From Octopus vulgaris (lineage: Eukaryota), in the NCBI GenBank assembly GCA_951406725.2, contig OX597836.1, positions 26,474,001-26,538,000 of the forward strand: a DNA stretch of 64,000 bases, given 5' to 3'. The translations under genes were made by a program, and so were the position numbers. Shown here one piece after another: positions 39,507 to 52,243 of this stretch. The notes beneath the pieces are model-generated. The model saw nothing but the letters and a program-made list of their open reading frames with translations. It made no database searches and was not told the DNA's origin. Within the stretch, counting starts at the first letter, position 1, and each line of letters starts with the position of its first letter.

Positions 39507-42500
39507 GGGCTGAGTCAAAAGAGGGTGCTTTGACATTCATGCTTTTACTACACGAATCGCTATGTACGCACATACGGTAATAATACCCATCCACCCAACA
39601 AGTATAAACACAGATCATTATGGGTATGTAGGACAATCTATTTTAAACGTCCAATAAATAAAATAATAATCGTTTCGTATTTTAAGCAGCAGCAGGTCAT
39701 AGATTATATCAGAGCGAGAGAGAGCGGAGAATTCATATGTTGTGACGCTAATGCCTTTCCGTAAGTGCTTTAAAGGCACGGTGGGGGTATATGGCTTCGA
39801 CCGGGAATATTGCTATACCACAAGTAAAATATCTTCAAGGTATATTAAACTGGCCCCTGGTACTTTATCAGCCCTAGATAGATAAAACGCATATTTAACC
39901 GCAGCAGGATTTGAACTCGGAGAATAAAGGGTCGGACGGAAGTAAATAACGCAGGTATTTTGACCGACGCTCTAACGATTCTGCCAACTGATCAGTAATC
40001 GATTATATCGATTTCTTAGGCAGGCACAGGGGCGTCGAATTCAGCGGCACTAAGTCGACACTAACACTGGAGTTGTGTGTTTATTTATATCTTATCGATC
40101 CCAGAGGGAGGAAAGATAAAGTCTACCGTGACCAGATTTGAACTCAGGATGTAAAAAGATATAAACCTGCATAAAATGAAAAAAGAAATAAAAAACTACC
40201 CTGTTGTTATTTAACCACCGGTCAAACATGACTGTGCAGACCTACACGATTAAAAAAAAGCAATCAAAACCATGATCACTCTGTCCTTTCTTTTATTTTG
40301 GAGATTTTTCTTTTACTCAGGCGTAGTGTGTAAGACTACATTATCTAAAGACATTACATTATCTAAATATACACGCCTCTGATCTTTTTTAAAGTAATGG
40401 AGGATGATTTGAGAGCGATTTTGCTGCTATGTCTAGCCACCCGAACGACCACAAATGTAACGATGGCGATTATTATAATGCTGATGACGATGATGATGAA
40501 CAACTAAGGCTCCCATGGCCACAGATTATTTACATGATAAATAAATAACTAAATAAATTAAGGCAAATCAAAACTTCTCACCTTTTTTGTATGCGTGTGT
40601 CTGTTGTGTTGTTTTCCTTAATTAATTGTAATGATATCCTTCAAACGCAACAACAAAACAAGGAACAAACTATAACGATCCAGGTAATAATAACAACAAC
40701 AATAATAATAATGTATTTGCCGTATGTCCATCGAGATGACAGTGGACAGCTGTTTCAGGCCACAACGACACATTGGCAAAACTAACCAGTTTGCTGGTGG
40801 TGGTCATGGTGGTGGTGGTGGTGGTGGCGATGTTCATAGCTGCATTTATAAAATACAATCATAGCTAATCATTATTATTATTATAATTATTATTATTATC
40901 AAAACCGTTTCTTTCTCTCATTTATGTTTTTTACGTATATATACATGTATTGTCTCTTTTTTTTCTTTCTTTCTTTCTTTTGTATTGTTGGTGTTAATCA
41001 TTTAATGAAACACACGTTGATTAAGTGTGTGATTTAGTGTTGTTGTTGTGGAGGTGGTGGTGGTGGCTTTTGGTTTGCTGATGTGGCGGCCTTTAATAAT
41101 TAAAGCCTCTAACACTGCCATGTTTGGGACGATGTGGATGTATGTACGTACGTCTACGCATATATATTGTATCTATGTACGTACGTGTATAAAGCGTGTG
41201 TGTGTGTGTGTGTCTGTTGTGTAACATCTATGTATGTAAATGTGTGTGCGTATGTGTGTGTTTTATATGTCTATGTATGCTGTCACGTGACAATCTAATT
41301 CCAGGTAGCCTGTCCTCATCTCACCTTCATAGCTTTCTCTCTCTTTCTCTTCCACCCTCAACTCTTTTTGCTCCGTCTCCCCCTCTGTATATAATTCTGT
41401 CTCTCTCTTTTTCCCTTTCCCACTCTATATTTCTCTCTTTCAGTCTCTGCCTTTTGTTATTCTCTTTCACATTCAAGTCTCTTTGCTTCCTTCTCCTTCT
41501 AAATAGCTCTCTCTCTCTCTTTTTCTCTCCCTCTCTTTCTCACCCTCTGTTAACAATTCACTTACTCACTCTCTTTCTCTCCCTCTATCACTCTTTCTTG
41601 CTCGTCTACTCCCTCTTTTTCACCAACCCGGTTCTGGCATGTCTGCTCAAATTTTACCTAACACAATTCCCCTCTCTCTTTTTGCTTACTAACTTTTTAT
41701 TAGCGAAAAAAGAAAGAGAAACAAAAACAGAGAGAGGGGGAGCAAAGAGGAAGGGGAGAGAGTTTTAGGAACAAAAAAGAAAACAGAGAGTATATAGGAA
41801 ATGGAGAGAGGGGGAGAGTAATAAGGCAGGTAAGCGAGAGTAAAAGTGAGAGATAAAAGAGAATTAGAGAGGGAGGGAGTACCAACGCTCGTTAATCGAC
41901 ACAATTCTCTCTAAATGTAACCCTTATATTTATCACTCAGTATTGGATTTCTCGTGGTTGGGGGGTTGACTATAATTTCGTCCCACCTTTGATGGAAATA
42001 GGCCCCAAACCAAATGTATTCTATCCAAAATCATCTGTTGATACCAAGTAATGTGTATTTCGGCCACCCCATCCGTTGCCTTATTTCTTTACATTTCTTT
42101 ACTTAAGTGGGTGAAATACTTACCTGCGCTTGTGTAGCAGACTTTACCTGAATTTTTCGTTAGGGTTCGTCTCAATAAACCTCATTTTTATGGGGGGAGG
42201 AGGGTTTAAAAATATAAATAGATGACGAATTTATAATCGCTGTGGTTTAGTTAGATATCATACCTGTTTTAAGAGAACTGTATGGTCAAAAAACGTTCTG
42301 GCAATGACTAAACTCAACTCGTCCCCACCTCACATTTCAGACGTAGTTGATGCGTCTTCCCACTTTTTTTTTTATGAAGACAAATGGATGTTTTCTGGAA
42401 GACATTTGGACTGCTGTTTCTAGCATGTGGGGCGACCACATTAAGGATTTCTTCGTTGGTTTTGGCTTATGAATAACATTGAGTTGAACGTTTAACAAAT

Positions 42501-42539
42501 GGCCATATGTTACTTTCAAAGTGCAAAGCATTATATATG

Positions 42540-42578
<39 letters not shown>

Positions 42579-42818
42579 GTGTGTATATATGTATATATAT
42601 ATATATATATATATTTGTGTGTGTATACTGACTTTATTTTTGTCCTCTTTTTTTAAAAATTTAGGGAGAATGTGAGAGTCCACATTTCAGCAGTTTTGAA
42701 GTATCTTTAGGGAAAGGAAAAGACACGGGGGTAGAGGGTGACCAGGTAGAAAAAAAAGATATTTTTTCAGGAAATAATTATCACAGAATCGTAATTCCCA
42801 TTGTATAATATACTCAAA

Positions 42819-43027
42819 AGGTACTACTCAAGATTGGTCCCGGTGCACGCACTCACGTACTCGCGCATCCGCACTAGCTAGTCGTGACTAGTGGATCCTT
42901 ACTTTGTGGTTTTGTTTTATTTACTTTGCTAGGTAGTCGTTGTAGGATCGACTAGTCACGACTAGCTAGCGCGGGTGCGTGAGTACGCGAGTGCGCGCAC
43001 CGGGACCACTATTCTTAAGTAGTACCT
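42819..43027. repeat. CpG-rich ~80-bp inverted repeat with ~45-nt AT-rich loop (MITE or hairpin)
   Basis: 42819-42899 is the reverse complement of 42944-43027 with a few substitutions and one small indel. Confidence 0.9.
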
Positions 43028-43470
43028 ACAGAAAGATAGGAAAACAAAAATGAGGGTGGTGGGAAAACCTCCCTAACTTCTTGCCTTTTTCTGTCCCCTT
43101 AAGGTAATGAAAACTATTCCTTAACTCCGCCCAAATCCCTACTTTAACTCCTAGACACTCATTTTTTAAGACAGTAAACCATAAAACTCTACCTAATACC
43201 TACCTCGACTGTTTAATACTATATGTAGATATGATAGACACACGTAGAGAGGTTCATATGAATATACTACACACACACACACACAAGGTGTTGGTGTATG
43301 TATATATGCATATATTTATATATTATTTATTTATACTATGTCATTGTAAGAAAAAAATTTATAATATTCTTCAGACATATTGACTCAAATATATATTTTT
43401 TAACCTTTTAAAACAAGCCTTCTGTAGTTTTTTCACTTTTTACTCTTTTCTATATATATATATATATATG

Positions 43471-43527
<57 letters not shown>

Positions 43528-44016
43528 TATATATATAGCATATATATAACATGACTCTGTGGTAAGTAGCTTGCTTCTCAACCATATGGTTCCGGGTTCA
43601 GTCTCAATGTGCGGCACCTTGGACAAATGTCTTCTACTATAGCCCTGGGCCAACCAAAGCCTATGAGTGGATTTGGTAGATGGAAAATGAGAGAAGCCTG
43701 TTGTGTATATATGTGAGTATATATTGTGTGTGTCTGTATTTGTCCCATCCACCACCATCACTTGACAACCAATGTTGGTGTGTTTATGTCCCCTAACTTG
43801 GTAGCTCAGCAAAAGGGACTGACAGAATAAGTCCTGGGATCGATTTCTTTCACTAAAGGCAGTGTTCCAGCATGACCACCATCAAATGACTAAAACAAGT
43901 ACAAGAATACAAGAAAGAATATATATATGTTATGATTGAGAAAGTGAATTGCAATGACCTTTTTGTGTGCACAGTTTCTGACAAACCATACCTTTCTTTG
44001 GCTGGGCTCAAATCTC

Positions 44017-44411
44017 GGATCTTTACCCTTTGAACGGCAGATCAAGAAATAAATTTTGTAACTAAACACTTGCAATCTTCAGACATTACTCGAATGTCTC
44101 ACATAAAACATCTTTTATTCTTAGTGTTGTTGAGAAAAGTTTGTATTTTCAAAGTTATTTCATGTTAAAGTTGTCGTATTTCGGTAATTTCAACCAATCA
44201 ATGACGTGTATTCAGCTGAATAAAATTACAGCTGTTGTTTGTCAACAACAACTTTCGGCGGTGTATATTTCGTTTGTCACCGTTATTTATGACATATTTC
44301 ATCTCATTTTCTTTTATATGGATAAACGAGTGTATCTGAAGCATGTTTACTTCATACCACCACCACAATCATTCGTGCATTTCTACTGGAAATTTCAAAG
44401 GGAAAAGATCC
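44017..44411. mobile_element. Merlin-like non-autonomous transposon related to 28006-28426
   Basis: TIR GGATCTTTACCCTTTGAA / TTCAAAGGGAAAAGATCC; perfect TSD caaatctc; shared internal ttcaaccaatcaatgacgt. Confidence 0.85.
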
Positions 44412-44711
44412 CAAATCTCATTTGCGAATCCAAGAAAAACGAACCTCCACCAACTATTCTGCCTATATGTCTGTGCTCACTTTTCAATGCCATGCATGCC
44501 ATAAAGTCTGCAGACCTAACGGAGGCCTCAAAAGACATTTTAAGATCCACAAAAATTAGAACTTAACTGCAGTAAAAAAAATCGAATATACAATCTATGT
44601 GGGTGTCTTTTCAAAACATTGTCTGATTTAAAAAACTACAGCAGACACTGTGATGGTTCTAAGGTGTAGGTACAGGAGGTGGTCAGACTCTGCATAAGGA
44701 GTAGACAACCA

Positions 44712-44765
<54 letters not shown>

Positions 44766-44925
44766 CTTAAGTTGTTTAAAAGTCCATAAGTCAGGAAAAA
44801 GATGCATTCATATATCTGTCAATAGAGCGGGTATATTATCCGAAGTGTACAGTGTTATATATCCATCACGGCCACAAAACCAATTGGTAAGATCGGCCAT
44901 GAAGTGTACATGACTGTACAATTCA

Positions 44926-44962
<37 letters not shown>

Positions 44963-45247
44963 CATGTATGTATATGTATATATGTATATATTCTTTTATT
45001 CTTTTACTTGTTTCAGTCATTTGACTGCAGCCATGATGGAGCACTGCCTTTAATCAAGCAAATCAACCCCAGGACTTATTGTTTGTAAGCCTAGAACTTA
45101 TTCTATCGGTCTCTTTTGCTGAACCACTAAGTTGTGAGAACATAAACACACCGACACCAGTTGTCGAGCAGTGGTGGGGGACAAGCATAGACACAAAGAC
45201 ACACACACACACATAGATATATGCATATATATATATGATTCTAATCG

Positions 45248-45293
45248 CAATGGCTGAAGACTAGCGTCACACTTGAAACTTAAAGTACCAATG
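45248..45293 (+). ncRNA. Decayed type I hammerhead motif
   Basis: caatgg-CTGAAGA-ctagcgtcacactt-GAAA-cttaaag-TA-ccaatg; stems I and III pair, stem II mutated. Confidence 0.5.
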
Positions 45294-47778
45294 AATTTGA
45301 ATCAAACTGTTGATGCATACACACACACATACATACATACACACACACACACACATACACATACATACATACATACATACATGCATACACATACACACAC
45401 ACGCAACATGCTTCTTTCAGCTTCTGTCTACCAAATCCACTCACAAGGCCTTGGTCAGCCCAAGGCTATAGTTGAAGACACTTGCCTAAGGTGCCGCGCA
45501 GTGGGACTGAACCCAGAACCATGTGGTTGGTAAGCAAGCTTTTTACCACACAGCCACACCTGATAGCTAGCTATGTAGATAGATAGACAGATAGATACAG
45601 AGACAGAGACAGAGACAGACAGATTCTATCTATCTGCCTATGTCCTGTCCGTCTCCATTTTCTCTTTATGTCTACAGATAGTCTTTGAAAGGTGAGAATC
45701 TTAGTAAAAGGTTTATTTATGATTTATTAAAACGAGGTTAAGTTTAAGAGTTATGACCTGTGTCACTATCCTCTCCTGAATAAAAAAGAAAAGAAATTAA
45801 TATTTGAATACATATATATGGCATTATTTTGTGTTCCCCGTCGTCCTCTTTTGTTTGCACATTGCTATCACACATGTGTTCTCATGTGTCCGGCTGTGTG
45901 TGTGCCGTGTGTATGCGTGTGAGAGAGTGGAGGAGAGAGAGAGTGTGTGTGTGTGTTTGTGCTGGTTCGTTTACATGCTCGTTGCCTAGCACATCAGCAA
46001 AGGTACCCAAATAGAATAATTACTGGAGTGGAGTCAATTTGTATGGCTAAAACCCCTCGAGATAGAGATAGCGGCCCTAAGACTGAAACAATTAATACAA
46101 TGAAAGTATAGTCACTGCTATTTATTGTTGTTTTGTTTTTTTTAGATAAAGCTTTAGAATGTGGAGGCGCTATGGCCCAGTGGTTAGGGCAGCGAACTCA
46201 CGGTTGGAGGATCGTGGTTTCAATTCCCAGACCAGAAGTTGTGTGTGTTTATTGAGCAAAAACACCTAAAAAAAAAGCTCCAGGAGGCTCGGTGGTGGTG
46301 ACCCCTGTTGTACTCTTTCGCCACAACTTTCCTGTTCTCTTGTCACTTATTTAATTCTACACACACACACAAGTAGTTAAATATATAAACAGCTGTAGGC
46401 AAGATTCAAGTTTGTCACTTAGACATAATCAAGTGCACCAGTAATTACTGATATAAATGTGAATTCATAATCTGGGTAGAGAAACTGAAGGTTTTGAAAT
46501 AACTATCAACGAAGATTCTCTTCCGCACTGATTCTGGAAAAAAAGTTCTCATCTGTGACAGTTCCTAATTTTCCCTTACTTTCCCGGACATCTATACAAA
46601 GCCTGTTATATTTGCACTTTGTGAAAATATTTAATGGAGTGTTCCACCAGTATTCCTTGCATTGATATTTATACATTCAATCTTGCATGCATGAAGTGGA
46701 TTCGATCCACCATAGCCAAATTTGAATTAACACTGCTGCAGAACTTTTCCCACTGGAACAATGGTTTTTCTCTGACAGCGGTTTTACATTTTCCAGATGC
46801 CTTTAGCTAGGCCAAAATAATGTCTTCACCACTTGACCCTTTGTAATTTCTTCTACTTCACCAAAAGCTAGAATAGAGATAACAAGACCACCAACTAAAT
46901 CTATTGTTCTCAATGATATATCTATCCTTCTGGATCTTTATATAAGCAAGCATACCCCAAGCAAAAATCAGTTAGTCACCTTGGTGACAAACTCGTGAGT
47001 TGAAAGAGAGCTAACATCAGTTAGTGAACCGACCACTAGAATCATGGAGGCAGGCAGTCAAAACGGCCAGAGGAAAACGAAAGACAATGTCCCAGACTCT
47101 CTCACTCTCACTAGCTCCAATTCAGTTCTCTTACAACATCATTCTATCTCTCTCTGTAATTACTACTAAACAATGAAGAGGACACAAACACAAACCTTAC
47201 TTCGCATGCTTTTGGATTAATCATAACCTGCCTGTCGAGGCAAGGTATTTGTAACGTAACAGTAAATAAATAATTTCTTAAAACTTTATGCATTATTCAT
47301 CTTACACATCCTACAATATGCAATTATAACAACAAATTATAATCGTTGCATCTGCTGACTCCAACTTTTCATCATAATAATGTGTACCTAATCAATCTCT
47401 GCTGTTACACATTCAATAACTGGAGCATTCTTTATATTTAGCTGAGAGATGTCTTTCCTGTGGATGGAGCTGTATACTATTTTAACATCACCATTATGCC
47501 GCAATGATGCCATTTTGGGGACATCTGCTAATCACATGTGTAATATTTTCTACACAAACATGATGTAATCAGCATTTATTTGCCTACATCTGGGTGAGAT
47601 TTAAAATCTTCACTGTCTCAGTCGTTCACTAATTATTAAGAAGTATAATTTTCAAAATGTGACATGATGCTACAGTCACAAATCCAAGAGACACAACACT
47701 TAAAGTACCAATGAAGTTGAATCAAACTGTTGATGCATACACACACACATACATACATACACACACATACATACATAC

Positions 47779-47812
<34 letters not shown>

Positions 47813-48699
47813 GCAACAGGCTTCTTTCAGCTTCTGTCTACCAAATCCACTCACAAGGCCTTGGTCAGCCCAAGGCTATAGTTGAAGACACTTGCCTAAG
47901 GTGCCGCGCAGTGGGACTGAACCCAGAACCATGTGGTTGGTAAGCAAGCTTTTTACCACACGGCCACATTTGAGACAGTGAAGATTTTAAATCTCACCCA
48001 GATGTAGGAAAATAAAGGCTGATTACATCATGTTTGTGTAGATATTAGAATCATCTGAGTGGTGACCTGGCAGAATCATTAGCACATCAGGAGAAATACT
48101 TAGCACTAACTAATCTGTCTTTACTATCTGAGTTCAAATCCCACTGAAGGGATTAAAATCCTTCATGGCCACACAAAGAATGAAAACAATAAACTAGGAT
48201 AAAAACGATAAATAGGCGCAGGAGCAGCTGTGTGGTAAGTAGCTTGCTTCCCAATCACATGGTTCTGGGTTCAGTCCCACTGCATGGCACCTTGGGCACG
48301 TGTCTTCTACTATAGCCTTGGGCTGACCAAAACCATGTGAGTGGATTTGGTAGACGGAAATTGAAAGAAGCCTGTCGTATGTGTGTGTGTTTGTCTCTCC
48401 ACCATCGCTTGACAACCGGTGTTGGTGTATTTACATCCCCATAATTTAGTAGTTCAGCAAAAGAGACCGATAGAATAAGTACCAGAGTATGTCTTGGGGC
48501 TGGATGTTTTTTGATTAAAGACGGTGTTCCAGCATGGCCACAGTCAAATGACTGGAACATGTGAAAGAGTAAAAGAAAAACACGAAAACAATAAAGTATC
48601 TTTTTTTTTCTTCTTTTATGTTACTCTAACCATTCTGCCATCTGGCACCACAACACAGAATAATTACGACCTTGAAAACTGTATTAAAGGCTTCATTCC

Positions 48700-48700
48700 A

Positions 48701-48736
<36 letters not shown>

Positions 48737-48790
48737 CAGCAGCCAGTAGCAGTAGTAGTGGTGGTTGTGATGGTGGTGGTGGTGTTGGTA

Positions 48791-48827
<37 letters not shown>

Positions 48828-48890
48828 CAGCAGCAGCAGCCAGTAGCAGTAGTAGTGGTGGTTGTGATGGTGGTGGTGTTGGTAGTGGCG

Positions 48891-48927
<37 letters not shown>

Positions 48928-49142
48928 CAGCAGCAGCAGCAGTAGTAGTGGTGGTTGTGATGGTAGTGGTGGTAGTAGTAGTAGTAGTAGTAGCAGCAGC
49001 AGCAGCAGCAGCCAGTAGCAGTAGTAGTGGTGGTTGTGATGGTAGTGGTGTTGGTAGTGGTAGTAGTAGTAGTAGTCATTGATTAAAATCTTTCATGGCT
49101 ACAGTAGTAGCAGCAGCAGTAGCAGTGGTGGTGGTGGTGGTG
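48700..49142. repeat. Compound (AGT/AGC/GGT) trinucleotide repeat with higher-order units
   Basis: agcagtagtagtggtggttgtgatggt block recurs four times. Confidence 0.9.
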
Positions 49143-50940
49143 AGGAGGAGATCACCACAATGCCTAGAACAACAATCCTCCAATTCTGACACAGGATTTT
49201 GAAAGAATGATTTCTTACAAAGCCAGAAAGCCAGAAGGTTAACAATACCAACCTTGTTATCGTTCCCATTACAATGACCACACATAGTACATAACCATTG
49301 TCTGCCGCCTGAGAACATCTCTTTTACATCCTTTATGTGTTCCCCTGCAATCATTCCCATGTTTCAGCTCATAGGAAGTCTACACAATCTTCAGTGTTAC
49401 AGCAAAAACAATTTAACTGGCAACGAGTCAACCTACTAGAAATAGCAGTCAGATTTTCCTCAAATCACACTGTACTGTATTAAAAGAGGACGTGTCTCAA
49501 AAACGAAATAGAATGGTAACAAATGGGATGTTTTTGACCATAGATCTGCTCAGTCAGACCTATCTTGGGACTAAACAACATCTACCCACCATCATAACTA
49601 CTAACACATGAAGGAAATAAGTTTGTTTTGCTTAAAATAGCAACCAAAATTCCTTTAAATCACATTCTATCTTAAAAATGGAAGGGCACATTATATAATG
49701 TGATCATAAATACATGGTGTGGATAAAAAGAAGGGAAGACAGATCTGGAACACTTTTCATCAGAGGACCAGAGCTGGCCTAATGTTAAACAATATTTTGC
49801 TACAAATACATAGTATGGATGGTGTGTGTGTGTATATATATATATATATAATCATCATCATCATCATCATTGTTGTTTAATGTCTGCTTTCTATGCTGGC
49901 ATGGGTTGGATGGTTTGACTGAGATCTGGCGAGCCAGGAGGCTGCACCAGGCTCCAATCTGATCTGGCAAAGTTTCTACAGCTGGATGCCATTCCTAACG
50001 TCAATCACTCCGAGAGTGTAGTGGCTGCTTTTACATGCCACCGGCACAAGGGCAAGTCAGGTAGTACTGGCATTGGCCATGCTCAAAGGGTGCTTTTTAC
50101 ATGCCACCGACACAGGAGCCAGTCCAACACTGGCAATGACTACGCTTGGATGGTGTGCTTTTTACATGTCACCGGCATAGGAACCATTCAGCAGCCATGG
50201 CTACGATCACACTCGAATGGAACTTTTAATGTTCCACTGGCATGGGTGCCAATCAGATATATATATATTTATTTATTTATTTATATAAGACAGAGGGCGA
50301 GGTGGTGAAACATGATCCTTGAACTTTGGGCTTCAGAGGCAATGACTAGTGACTGAGACCTTTGGCAATATGCTGCACTTGAGAAGACCTGTCAAGCCAA
50401 GTGAAATTGTAGTCGTGGTTGACGCTGGTGTCACATAACTGGCACCCATGCTGGTGGCACCTAAAAAGCACCATTCGAGTGTTGGGCTTCATGGAGGCAA
50501 AGTGACTGATGCCAGTGGCACGTGAAAAGCTCCTTTTGGGTGTTGGGCCTCACAGAGGCAATGACAAATGACCTAGACCTTTGGCATTATGTTGTGCTTG
50601 AAAAGAAGACCCACCAAACCAAGTAAAATCACAGTCGTGGCAGATACTGGTGTCATGCAAATAGCACCTGTGCCAGTGGCACGTAAAAGCATCCATTACA
50701 TTCTCGGAGTGGTTGACGTTGGGAGGGGCAACCAACCACAGAAACCTAGCCAAAACAGACAATTGGAGCCTGGTGCAGCTCTCCAGCCTTGCCATCTCCT
50801 GTCAAATTGTCCAACCCATGCCAGATGGAAAATGGTTAATGTTAAATGTTGATGATGAAACAGATATGGTTTGTGAGTGAGTGAATATCATGATGTCTGT
50901 CTTTCTCACCCTATATACCCATGGGGACCATTTTCATACT

Positions 50941-51153
50941 ACTCTCTTTTTTACTCTTTTACTTGTTTCAGTCATTTGACTGCAGCCATGCTGGATCACC
51001 GCCTTTAGTCAAGCAACTCGTCCCCAGGACTTATTCTTCATAAGCCCAGTACTTATTCTATCAGTCTCTTTTGCCGAACCGCTAAGTGACGGAGACGTAA
51101 ACACACCAGCATCGGTTGTCAAGCAATGCTAGGGGGACAAACACAGACACACA

Positions 51154-51191
<38 letters not shown>

Positions 51192-51357
51192 TACAACGGG
51201 CTTCTTTCAGTTTCCATCTACCAAATCCACTCACAAGGCTTTGGTCAGCCCGAGGCTATTGTAGAAGACACTTGCCCAAGGTGCCACGCAGTGGGATTGA
51301 ACCCGGAACCAAGTGGTTGGTAAGCAAGCTACTTACCACACAGCCACTCCTGCGCCT
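50941..51357 (-). mobile_element. SINE family A, full length, minus strand
   Basis: Reverse complement of the 14566-14956 family. Confidence 0.9.
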
Positions 51358-51720
51358 ATATGTGTGTGTGTATCTGTCCCACCACCGTCGCTTGACAACC
51401 AATGCTGGTGTGTTTATGTCCCCATCACTTACCAGTTCAGCAAAAGAATCCGATAGAATAAGTACTAGGCTTACAAATAATAAGTCCTGTGGTCGATTTG
51501 TTCGACTAATGGTGGTGCTCCAGCATGGCTGCAGTCAAATGACTGAAACAAGTAAAAGAATAATACCCAAAATATTTTTATACAATTCCTAATAATACTT
51601 AATTACAAAAATTTTAAAGGATTTTTCCTATGAACATCGAATGGCTTAGGGGGTCCAACAGATTAGAAAATGAACTAAAAGGGTTTGATAAACAAAAAAT
51701 AGTTGAGAACTGCTGAGGGA

Positions 51721-52243
51721 GAGACTAGAAAGGGTATGGCCTGGTCAGCCTGTAATGACATGCATAAGATCTGGTCATCAAATCTAAGTAGAGACTTCAA
51801 ACTTGAAATATTCAAAGCCACAGTCGAACCAATTCTAATATATGGCTCAGAAACCTGGACGTTATCAAAGAAGCTTGAGAGGCGGTTGGATGGAACCTAC
51901 ACTCGCCTCCTTATGAGAGCTCAAAATCTCTCGTGGAAGCGCCATCCAACCAAAATGCAAATATATGGGAAACTACCACCTGTGTCATCTCTTGTGAAAG
52001 GTAGGAGAGTCCAGTTTGCTGGACATTGTTGTAGAGCTGAAAAAGAAGTCATTTCTACTCTTCTCCTCTGGAAGCCATCTACTCGCAATACCAGAGGGCG
52101 CACACTCTCCTACCCTGATGTAATCTCCAGGGATACAGGCATCCAGCAACAGGACCTCCGTAATGCTATGATGGACCGTGAAGTCTGGCGTAACATAGTA
52201 AATTCCATGGTCTCGACCACGGTCGAACAATGATGATGAATGA
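51721..52243 (+). mobile_element. 5'-truncated RTE-clade LINE 3' end with open ORF and (TGA)n tail
   Basis: ORF 51703..52233 has IFKATVEPILIYGSETWTL, RRVQFAGHC and AMMDREVW, typical RTE C-terminal motifs; ends in tgatgatga. Confidence 0.9.

Noticed and set aside
41105-41121. Minus-strand TGGCAGTGT, matching the miR-34 5' end
   Set aside because: The rest of the mature sequence does not match and no precursor hairpin is evident
42116-42126. ATACTTACCTG, identical to the U1 snRNA 5' end
   Set aside because: Downstream sequence does not continue as U1; better explained as a consensus splice donor on the minus strand
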